This document shows, piece by piece, positions 25,401 to 37,400 of a stretch of 64,000 bases of DNA. The notes below the pieces were generated by a model. It worked only from the letters and a program-made list of their open reading frames with translations. It searched no databases and was not told the DNA's origin. Positions within the stretch are counted from its first letter, which is position 1; each line of letters opens with the position of its first letter. A program made the translations under genes and the position numbers. Source of the stretch: Eutreptiella sp. 'Long Island Sound 2002' (lineage: Eukaryota > Protista > Euglenida); NCBI GenBank assembly GCA_964036045.1, contig OZ038378.1, forward strand, positions 193,750,001 through 193,814,000, given 5' to 3'.

Positions 25401-28400
25401 GGTGAATTCCAAAACACGTTTTGTTTGATAATGTCACCACCCATAGCAATTAAACACCGCTTGTACCACATGCTTTACAACCACTTGATGTAGTTTTCCA
25501 AGGGTGGATATGGGAGCCGTCCTTTGCCCAGGTGTTGGCCAGGTGGGTAGGAGCACTTGTTTGACGTGATCGCCGGGGGAATGTGACGTGGGCGAAATAG
25601 GCCCTCCATAACAAATGTTTGTGGAGTGGGTGTTGCCCGCCTTGTCCCACCACAAGCTGTGGGGCACGTGGCTCCCGCTAGGGGAGTGGGCCTAGGTGCC
25701 GTGCCACAGCGTGAAGCGGCGGTGTGGGGGTGCGGCACCTAATCGGTGCTAGGTGCTGGTGCTGCTAGGAGGGGTACATTGCACTGGGCTGCCCGGTAGG
25801 CCGTGTTTTGCGGCATGTGCCACGATGGTGCCACGGCTACAGTGCCTGACACTCCACTTTCAAGAGGCCTAGTTGTGTAGACTATAGGAGTGTGGCTACG
25901 GTCGGGAGGGGCGGAGCGGGTCTTGATGGACTACTTCCCCCGCCTGACAAAGGGCGGCCCAACGCTCCTCCCTTACGCCCGCCGGCTGAGGCGAGCCCAG
26001 GGGGCAGGGCGGGAGGGGGTGGCTGTTGTAGCGGCCGCGGTGCCCGGGGAAGGACAGAGGCACTGTGGGAGCATGATGCCACGAGCATGGCGCGCCCTTG
26101 TGTCGCCAATGTCCACGAGGGGGGCCGCCAACAGCCTCCCCCCGCCCCCGCCATCTTGCGGTAGGGACCGGGTCACCAAGTGCTGCTCCAGCTGGTGAGT
26201 CACTGTGGGCACAGGCCTTGTCAGAGTGGCTGGGGCGGGCACCGGAGCGGCCACTGCAATGGCGTTGGCAGGTGCTGCCGCGCCAGCTCGGTCCCCGACC
26301 GCCGGACACTCTGGAGCGAAGTGATTAGCCAGCAGCGCAGTGCACGCCACAAGCCTGGTGGGGGGAGGTGGGGGGAGGTGAACCTCCCCTAGGAAGCAAG
26401 GCTTCCGGCACCTATGGGCTTCCCCACGTCTTTTAATGCGCCTCTAATTGCGGTTGCAGCAAGCGCCCAGCGCCCACGAGGGAGGATCCGGGGGAGGGGG
26501 CGCGCCCAACCTGTGAACCCCCCCATTAATTATGGATGGTGGGGCCCGGGGTTATCCCGCGGCACCTTGTGGGATAAGGGCTCGGGGCTATGCCCCATCC
26601 CCACGTAGTCGCAAGGCCCCTCGGGATGCGGGTAGGAGCAGACGGGCAAAGGGAGTACGAACCCCCCCCCCTCCCCCCCGCTTCCCCAAGGGGCAAGCAG
26701 GCCTGCCCCGGGCAGAGTAGGGAGGGCGGCTTGGTGGCGACACAGGCAGTGTCGCAGGGGTCAAATCGGCGCATGTTCCCTAGACAGGCCAGCAGGCTAC
26801 ACTGTTTTCCATGGGGCTGGCAAGGGGGACCCCCCACAAACGGGAGGGTGGGCGCCAAAACCGTTCGTCAGCCCACCACAGGAGCCCCTTGCCCTCTAAA
26901 CATAGACTGATGGACAGAAAAAGTGACATGCCTTGTTATGTAGTTTTCACTCCGATTGGCCATTGCGTGTTTGGGGTGGGGTGGGGTGGTGTTGGAGGAA
27001 TGGTGCTTTGCATCCCACAGTGGAGGGAGGGGATGCACAAACCGCTTCAGTACCCCGCGCCCCCCTTGTATAAGCTACGCCAAAGTCCCAAATTAATACG
27101 GTCCCTACGCCTCCTGTAGCTTGGACACGGGCGTAGCTTGCGCGCGACACATACAACTACCAACACCAGGCACCCACATTCAAAAAGAGAGGATTGCATG
27201 GTGAGCTGGTGCAAGAAAGGGGCATATAATACACAAATATCCCCAAAATCAGAGCTATCTGGGTCAAGTGGGCAAACACTTACAACAAATGTGTCCATGA
27301 CTCTATGTGACTCGCAAATCCGTCACCAAATCCATGTCTCATGTGGCTGCACTACGTTTGGCACCGAATTAAAATTAGGTCCCAGATTAATACGGTCCCT
27401 ACGCCTACTGTAGCTTGGACAACGGCGTAGCTTATACAAGGGGGGGGGGGGGGGTAGTTTTCAGCCTCAACAGCTCAAAAATCAAAATTCTATTGCCTAT
27501 GGCTCAAAAATCAAAATTCTATAGCCTTTGGCAAAGCACCTTGAACAGGGTTGGGGAGCATGTAGGGACGAGGGGTATTGCGGGCAAACACAGTTGTTGG
27601 GTCTCGTGCAGGGGTCATGGGGCACCATGCTGGTCCCCATGGGCACTATAGCGTTCATTTTGGCACCAAATGATGACCCCAACCCATCCCACAGCTCACA
27701 AAAAAAAAGTCTAAAATAATTCAACTTTTTTTTTGGTCCTGATCAAGATGACCTGGTGTACCCTGCTCATCACATGGCACTCGAGATACCTCTCGGAATC
27801 AAGGTTCACAGCTGCCCAGTGCAACAATGATCACAGAAATGACTGTGGTAGCGGATCTGACATGTAGTCCAAAATAATCAAACTTTCAAACATTCTCAAT
27901 GGCCACCGAGAAACCAGCAAAGATGGACCTTTTGGGGGGGGCATAGCCTTGGCTACTTGCCTCGGAGCCGCACCATGGCCGTATTGGCACCTTTTGATGA
28001 CCTAAACCCATCCCAAAGCCGTCGGAATGTGCCATGTGCCATTGAACAGTCTCAAACAGCAATTTCGGCACTTTCGAGGTTCCGTGGCCCCAGCTTGCCT
28101 TCTTTTCTGTTTGTGCGTTGTGGTGGGTGTATATTTCGCTCCCAATTGCTGTTGATCAAATCCTACATTCCTACATTCGCCTTCCATTTGAACCTTGCAT
28201 TCTTTTCTGTGTTGCGTGTTGTGTTTATCTTGCTCGTTTGCACGTTTGCTTGTTGTACTGGGGGGATGTTCGCCAGTACCGGCCCTCGAGTCGTTTCCCC
28301 TGGGCGGCACTTCCGGCGCGGCAAGGGGGTGAGGGGGGGGGGGGGGGGGCTGGTGCTCACGTGAGTGCAGCTGCGGGCACGCACCTTATCTCGGACCATG

Positions 28401-31400
28401 TTGATGTCCACAGGCTCGCCGTACTGCGAGAACGCCACCAGGACGTCTCCCTCCGTGACATTGAATGGTAGACCCCCTGTATCGGCCAGCGCCAACAAAG
28501 TAAAAGCGACCAACGAGCTGCCTCGAAAACAGAGGCCCAGTGCAATGCCCCATCGCACGTGCAGAACAAGCAGCCGACACACAGCACGCAGTGAGCCCGT
28601 TTGAAACCTCACCCTCCCCAATAAGCACTTAGCTACTGAGCACTGGCCTGTCCCCTTCCCCCTCGTGAGCACTGGTAACAGTGTGCTTGCAACCCACAGG
28701 GGGCAGTCAGGGAGGCGCTTGAGGGGGAGGGAGGCGAAAGGGAGGTATCAAGAACGGTTGCAAAACCGGTAAGTGGCGTCTGGAAAGCTATGACAGTCGC
28801 CGTGCTGGCGGTTGCAAAACGGGAAAACGGTTGGAGGTACGTAAGCAGTTGGGGCTGCATGGGGGCGGGAGTGGGGGCGACCCCTTCAAGCGCAGTCCTG
28901 GCGACAGTCCAATTCAGTTCCCGCTCCCAACCCACACAACGCGGGCAGGGGATCCAGAGCGTGGGGAGGTGTCAAAGGGCTTTTTTCTGATTTTGGGGGC
29001 GTTTTTGAATTCCCTGTTTCCTTCCGAGCATTTTGAATGTACTCAAGAGGGCGGGGAGTCAAAGCAACATGCGCGGGAGTACCCGACATGCAAAGCAACA
29101 TGCAGAGCCATGTTCAACTTGCATGCCAGCCCCCTGTCTGCAGTTCAAGCAAAACACAAACTGCGAACCATGAGAACGCAAAGAACCAAAATGTGGTAAG
29201 TAACGCCTCAACAGGCGACCACCCCCTTTTGGTGCTGTGCTACACACCCTCAATGAGTCTCAATGAACAGGCCATTTGGCCACCAGGTGTGTTGATAATC
29301 GTTAATGTGGAAAGGCCGTGTCGTTAGGCTCGAGGGGACTGCAAAGCCTCTCAATGAGCGCTCTCCTGCTGCCTGGGCATGTGTAAGCACGACCTTGGCA
29401 CAGGACCCCTTACCCTGCCAAAGGACACCCCTGACGTTCCTTACCAGGGCTGTTATTTCATGGTTGTGTTAAGAAGACTCACTGGCGGACCTGCTGGTGG
29501 GTGTGCTGCTGTTGTCTTGCATCAGCTCATGTCCCATAAGTGCAGGCAGACCGCCAGTGGACGGGGGGGGGGGCATGATTGCAAACCATATCTGGCATCA
29601 AACACCATCTTGGGCCTTGTGGTATCTGTCTGTCCGCAGTAGGGCACAGGTATTCCACCATCACTCTGTCCTGCCCCATCATGCCCCTCATGGCCCTCTC
29701 ACCTCACAACTTCATATGGCACGATAATGCCACGGGCCATGACAGCTCATCAGGCTGCCGCCTCGCCCTGGGCCCTTCTTCCGTACCTCCGCTGTACTAT
29801 ACACTGACTCATACCTATAAAAATGTACGCTGAATTCCGGTATTCGTGATGCCAACTGTGCTCCTGAGCAGGGACAGCAGACCTCTACGGTTGCCAATGC
29901 CTATGCTCGCCAAGGCAAAACCAAAACCACACAGACCGCAAGGAAAAACCAGGCAAAACCAGAGGCGAAACCAGGCAGAGGATGAGCCAACTCTTCTATC
30001 GTGCCTGAAGTGGGGGGAGGGACAAACATCATGTGCACAGCGAAGGGGAGAGTGTCCATTTCCACTGCATATCAGGGAGCAACAGAAAAAGGAAGCAAAC
30101 AGCCAAGAGGAGGGTGCAGGGGGGGCACAGGGGAGCTGAACTAGACCTCAACCCAATTCCATCCCTTCACATCTGTAGCTCCCAATTTTCCAATTTTGCT
30201 GTGAGTTTCTTGCTACCTGATCCCCAATTGTTCTTTCATTTGACCCCGGGTTTTCCTGGGTTGACCCTGGTTTTTGCACCACTTCTCACCAAACCACAAT
30301 ACATGACACTTTTCTCTTAGTCCGTGAATGAAAAGAGCAGGCCATTTACTGCCAAAACACTGCCAATCACCAATGCAATGCCCGCGAACGTTTTGCCCGC
30401 CGTGGATGCTGGGACAGGCATGGCCTGCATAATCTGAACTGCAGGCATTGTCCATTGTCACAGCCAAAGACGTTACCGCCCCCCCCCCCCCCTGTGCAAC
30501 GACCAGCAAGGTTTAACCATGTGACCTGCGGCTGGTCTTTGGACTATGGTTTCAGGCAAAAGAGTGCCGTTTGATCAGTGGCTGGTTATTGAAAAAGGCC
30601 ATGGGCACTTCTTCATCCTGGAAACTTTTCTCTGGAAATGTGCACAGAAGGTCTACAATTCAAATGGTTCCATAAGGGAGTCAATGGGGTACAAGCCCTT
30701 GTGTTCTGCGGGCAACAAAGTAGCGAACGAAAGCATGCTCTTGTTAACCAATGGGTGGCCGTTGTGCATACATGGAGCATCAATGGTCAGGTTGCAGTGT
30801 CCACATTGGGCCCGCGCGTGCGCCTCACGACTTTCATCGCCCACTGTCCATTTTGTTCGCATCCAGTGCATTCAGGTCCACTGATGTGGACCTGGCCTGT
30901 CCCTCCCTGAATGGTTTGGGCTCCGCTCATCAGGCTACTGGGTCAGGCATACATCCTGATCAGCGGTCACTCCTCCTCTGGGTGCTAGTTAGCTGGCCCC
31001 ATTCGGCCCTCCCAGGTCTAGCATGTCATTGGTCTTTAGGTTGAAGAACCCAGTGGGTACAGGCTGCTGGTTTTGGCATAAAACATACAAGGGGGGGTGC
31101 ATGTTCTGCTTGCTGGGAGGCTCCTCGAAGCAGCTGTACTCTAACCGGCTGGAATCCTCCATTGCCACCAGCTGCAGCTCACAGCGTTACACATTGCGAC
31201 CCCTACATGACCGTCGTGGCTATGGACACATGACACATCTGAACGAGCGGAACCCAGGTGCATAGACAGGTTTACGGCATTCTCATTCATTCGTCACAGC
31301 CCTGTCCTGCATATGCAGGACAGGGCTGTGACGAATGAATGAGAATGCCGTAAACGCGTGTTTGCGAGCGAAGCGAGCAAATACGCGTTTACGTATTTGT

Positions 31401-34400
31401 CCCATTCTGCTTAGCCGGTTTCTCTGTGTGGCAAGCTAGCCTCACAGTTGATACTATGCCCGCTAAAGCTACTCGTGACACTGCTGGGGATCACACAATG
31501 ACAGATCCCACGCAAGATAGTACCCAACCACCAGGCCCATTACCGGGGCCTTGTATCCTGCGCACACCTGCGGCAGTGCAAGCACGAGAAGCGTTCAACC
31601 GATGGAGCGCTACCGCATATCAAGCCCTGACCCGATCTGGGTCACACACTGAGGAGCTGGACCACTGGATGATATCCCAATGGGAAGCTATTGCCGAATC
31701 TGCTGTGGAGGATCACCAAATTCGTGCGCTAGCCGAGGCATGTAACATGGAACAAATCGAGACGGCAGAGTTTGTCGCGGTGCTGGGTGCGTACTGTGGC
31801 CGCAAAGCACTTCGCATGGACTACATGGATGGCACATTTCATGAAGCGCCCCCTACGATTACCGACCTGCCAGCGACGGCGCGAGCTCAAGAACAACGAA
31901 TTAACGAACTGACCGCCGCCCTCCAGAAGAAAGATGCCGAGTTGGAGAAAGCGCGCGTTCCGAGAGCCCCACCCCTCACTGCTGCACGAGTCAATGACCT
32001 GGCGAGCACCCGAATGAGGTTCCAATGGATGAACACCCTGCTCTCAGCTATGCAGGGTTTGCAACAAGTTCCGTTGAATGCCCAAGACTGGACCCAGGAT
32101 GTGTTTATACAAAAGGTGTGGTGCTTACTGCACCTGGAGATGGCCAATAAGCGACAATCCCGGGGGACACCTGTACGTGAACAAGAGGCCACAGCACAGT
32201 CTGGTGGCTCTGTGGAGGTCATCAACAACAGCCCTGCTGGGCAAGCCCACACGGAGCAACGTGACCCTCAGCGAGATTCTCGTAAGCCGGGGCGATGTTT
32301 CAAATGTCACCAGATGGGTCACTGGGCCACCGATTGTCCAGCAGCAGTGGGCCAAGGGTACCTCATTCATCGTGATGGCAAAGAATTTTGGATGTCCGCC
32401 ACTGGAGTGGAGTGGGATACCTCTGAACCACCGCCGGGGAACTGCACCAAATGTGGACAGCGACATTGGTCGCATAAACCGACGGCTACGTGTTCAGGAC
32501 GAGTGGTTCGGCAAGTACAGGCGCAAGCTACGACGTCCGACAAGGTTGAGGCCTGGGATGATGCTATTTTCGAAAACATGGTGAACGAGTTTCGCCAGGC
32601 TGCCGGAAGTGGGCCCGCGGGCCCACAATGACTCACCGACCGACTCCGCTGCTCCGCGCGTGCCCCGCAGACCCGTCAGCCCCCGCGACAGCCCCACAGC
32701 CTGCCGCCCCCACACTCGCACTCGCCATCCACGCGATCACACACACGTCTACCATCCCGTTCGGGGTTAATGCGGTATCCACCATGCTCCGAAAATGGGA
32801 ACCCGGTACTATCCGCACCTATCTCAGCGCCCTTCGGCAGCTCCTCGCACATGCACCCCCCGACAGCACCCTCGCAGACGCCATATCCCTTCGGCTCCTA
32901 CACCGGGCAGCGACCCGCAGGTCACCATCCGCAGCAAAAATACTCGTCTCAGCTATCATTATGTGCCAAAGACTCTCGCTCATCCCCGAAGTCCTCACAG
33001 AGTCCCATCGCCTCACCCTATCGGCAATCGTCAAATATACATCCCACCGCACCATCCCAAAACCCTGGGCAACAATACAGCATGTCCAGTCCATCGGAAG
33101 ATGGCGCATGTATTGGGGGTGGGCCCGCCTGTATTTCCTCATTATGGCCAGCACCATCTACCTTTGGCGAGTGCAAGACGCAGCCGGAATCCAATGGCGC
33201 TGGTTGCAGATCCCTGGCTGAATCACATTTTACGACCATAAAATTAATAGAGAGCTCGTCAGCTATCCCCTCAGTGACTACATGGACGCCTGGCGAGCGT
33301 ACATTGTCGCATGTAAAAGGAGTGACGTCCCCTGGGATGCTGCCGTCATCCCAGGGGGCGCGCGGGAACTCCAACGTGCAATGGCGGACCTCCTGCGATA
33401 CGAAGAGCTGGCTGAAGTGCGATGGCATGGGTGGAAAAAGTTGGGCGCAGCGTTGTTCATCCTACTGGGAGGAGCACTGTCCTCCCTCCAGCGGTGGGGA
33501 AGGTGGCATTCCCCACATCAACCCAGACGCTACTCCCATGCCCCACCCGCATGGCGCCTACCTGACCGAGTCCAGCTCCCGTACCCCGTGGCTACCACCA
33601 ACAGCCCCGTGCGCGATATGGAATGGCGGCTTGTACGACTATCCGAATTATGGCCGCGTGATACGTTTGCCAAGCCATGCACGGCTCCCGTCCGTGCACC
33701 ACAGCAGTTGGAACTCGCTTATGCAGCCACATACCAACCCTCGTCCACAGGCCGCGAGAGCGACGAGACACCGTCCATCGGTGAGTCCACCGATACCGAT
33801 AGATCGGATGTGCAGTCTCAGTGCTCAGAGTCGACGTCGATGGCGCAATCAGAATCGATGGAGGCACCACCAACGACAAATCATGCAATCCACCATGGAG
33901 TTACTACACCACCCCCTGCCGGTGAGCCACTGGCGACATGCCCTGCAACTGCTCCTGGTGGGTGTCCAAGCATGGGTGCTGTTGCTAGCGCTGTGGCTGC
34001 GACGCCTTTACCATCTTCACAAGTGCCAGATGGGGTTCATCATGGCAGCACTGGCGGTTTGGAGGGCCGTATGGGAACCGTGCGACCTGCAGGGCCCATC
34101 AGCGAACCCCCAGCAAAACGTCCTATGTGTGGGCATCAACCCACTTCGGATCCCACACCACACCATGGCTATGAGCTCACCGCGCCTCGGCGCGGGGATG
34201 CATATGCACATTGGCGACCTTTGTGGTTGCGCGAAACTGCATCGGAGCCCGTGCAGTATATGTCACATCCCCATACAACAACATCTCCAACGGAGTGCAG
34301 AGCTCATTGCCCAGAAATTGAAAGTGTCGGTGACGAATGTGACTATGTTGTTGCGGGATTTGATTGTGTTGATGGTGAACCGCCTACCAGTGGACCCCCC

Positions 34401-37400
34401 CCCCAACCCACCTTCCCCAAGTGTGACACCACCCCCGTCCCCGAACCATTCACCCCAACCGCCGCCGGAGCCGCCGCCTTCGCCATTGGCGCCTGTACAC
34501 CAACTACTACACCAGCTGGCCACAGATCCGTCCGTAATCTCCGACACCTCTCCCACAGCACGCCCCAACCACAGCACCGACACCAGCCCGACGGAGGGTA
34601 CCCCTTCGCAAGCATCGGTGACCCCTGACATGGTGCAGCGCGGATTGGGCGATGCGGGACATGTTGACATACCCCAGCCCCTGTGGCAGTCCTGTGCGCC
34701 GGCTAACTACACGTGGGCCACTGAGCAGGCACCACCCCAGTGCCACTCCCATGATCCACTGCTGCTCATGTTGGCTTCTAAATTAGAGGCGTCAGGACTG
34801 CTGTGTGAATGCCCCCCCCATTTGCGCCCAAATGCCAAAGCATATCTCAAACCTAAGTCAGCCCAAAAGTGTGCCTTGATTGTAAATATGATTCCCATCA
34901 ATGACCGTTGTTTGCCCCCCCCCCATTTACCCTCCCAAGTTTAGATTCACTGGCGCATGTAATTACTGTAGCTCTGCTTAGGGGTCGACCCTTGTATTTC
35001 ACTAAACTAGACATCAGTAATATGTTTTGGAGTTGTAAAGTGCCAGCAGAGCACAGGCATGCTGTCCGTATTGGAGTTTGTGGAAAAGTCTTCTCATTTC
35101 CGGGATTGCCTTTTGGCTGGAACGCCAGCCCCGCAATTGCTCAGCAGTTGCTTGCGCTTTACATTCAGCAATTGTACCCGGGGGAGACAGTCGTGATCCA
35201 ATATATGGACGATATTCTAGTGGTAGGACCTGACAAACAACATGTTCAACATCAAACGGACCACCTAATTCACCAGTTTCAAACACATCGTTGGGTAGTT
35301 AGTGCTAAATCCGATGTAGACCCTAAGCATACAGTCACCTGGATGGGCAAACATTTTGATGGCCTGCGTGGAGTTGTTGCCACCGGGACCCAGTATTTGG
35401 TGGGAGTCGTCGTGCTCTGGATTAAGCTTGGTACACGAGGTTACCAGAGCACACTGTTACAGCGCCTTTTGGGCAAACTGCAGTGGGCTCTACGACCTGG
35501 CCGCGGAGCCGCTGCCTTTTTGGCAGGGCCGTATGCATGGCTTCAGCAGGGGCCTCCAGTGGCAAAGTGCACGCCCCCGGCAGTTTTGCGTGCGCTTGCT
35601 GAGGCAGCAGCTGCTGCCATTGTGCCTTGGACCGCGCCGGTTACCCCCCCGTGTGGCCCCACGTGGTTTGTAGATGCAGCAGGCACCTGGACGGGATACT
35701 GGGGAGCCATCTGGAGCCCCTACATGCGGCCTAAGACTTTCCAGCTCCCTGATTGGGTGCACACACAGCAAGCTGCTGAGCTTGCGGCTGTTGTTAACGC
35801 AGCACGAGTGGCCGCATACAAAGGCCATCATTCATTGAACTTGCTAATAGACAACCAAGCCGCAATTTGCACTGCAATTTCCGGTAAAGCTAAGTTTCGT
35901 TGTCCTGCACAATTGAGATTACTGCGTCAGTTACAGCATATTTTACGCTGGTCTGGGTTACAGCTGGCATGTTATTGGGTCCCCAGTGCCTTCAATCCTG
36001 CTGACCCCCCATCACGGTGGTGGAAATACCCCACTCCCATTCTTACCGATTTGGAGGCCTGGACCGTGTACAGCAGACTGCTGGCTTCACCTTTTGTGCC
36101 ACAGTTTGTGGCACAGACCAAGTATCGTGGGTGACACGGTAAATTACATTTTATGCAGGACAGGGCTGTGACGAATGAATGAGAATGCCGTAAACGTGTG
36201 TTTGCGAGCGAAGCGAGCAAATACGCGTTTACGTATTTGTCCCATTCTGCTTAGCCGGTTTCTCTGTGTGGCAAGCTACTCACAGCCCTGTCCTGCATAA
36301 GTACTTGCAAAGTACTGCATATTTACAGGCAGCCAACGAGGGCCAGTTCAGTCTGAAGACTGATTCAAGTAGACTGGGGGGCGGGCGGGTGGGGCTGTGA
36401 GGCTAGCTTGCCACACAGAGAAACCGGCTAAGCAGAATGGGACAAATACGTAAACGCGTATTTGCTCGCTTCGCTCGCAAACACACGTTTACGGCATTCT
36501 CATTCATTCGTCACAGCCCTGTCCTGCATAAAATGTAATTTACCGTGTCACCCACGATACTTGGTCTGTGCCACAAACTGTGGCACAAAAGGTGAAGCCA
36601 GCAGTCTGCTGTACACGGTCCAGGCCTCCAAATCGGTAAGAATGGGAGTGGGGTATTTCCACCACCGTGATGGGGGGTCAGCAGGATTGAAGGCACTGGG
36701 GACCCAATAACATGCCAGCTGTAACCCAGACCAGCGTAAAATATGCTGTAACTGACGCAGTAATCTCAATTGTGCAGGACAACGAAACTTAGCTTTACCG
36801 GAAATTGCAGTGCAAATTGCGGCTTGGTTGTCTATTAGCAAGTTCAATGAATGATGGCCTTTGTATGCGGCCACTCGTGCTGCGTTAACAACAGCCGCAA
36901 GCTCAGCAGCCTGCTGTGTGTGCACCCAATCAGGGAGCTGGAAAGTCTTAGGCCGCATGTAGGGGCTCCAGATGGCTCCCCAGTATCCCGTCCAGGTGCC
37001 TGCTGCATCTACAAACCACGTGGGGCCACACGGGGGGGTAACCGGCGCGGTCCAAGGCACAATGGCAGCAGCTGCTGCCTCAGCAAGCGCACGCAAAACT
37101 GCCGGGGGCGTGCACTTTGCCACTGGAGGCCCCTGCTGAAGCCATGCATACGGCCCTGCCAAAAAGGCAGCGGCTCCGCGGCCAGGTCGTAGAGCCCACT
37201 GCAGTTTGCCCAAAAGGCGCTGTAACAGTGTGCTCTGGTAACCTCGTGTACCAAGCTTAATCCAGAGCACGACGACTCCCACCAAATACTGGGTCCCGGT
37301 GGCAACAACTCCACGCAGGCCATCAAAATGTTTGCCCATCCAGGTGACTGTATGCTTAGGGCCTACATCGGATTTAGCACTAACTACCCAACGATGTGTT

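Noticed and set aside
34908-36134. RT as a retron, group II intron, DGR or LTR-retrotransposon enzyme
   Set aside because: It is followed by a DIRS-type RNase H and paired with gag and YR; no integrase, protease or intron RNA structure was seen.
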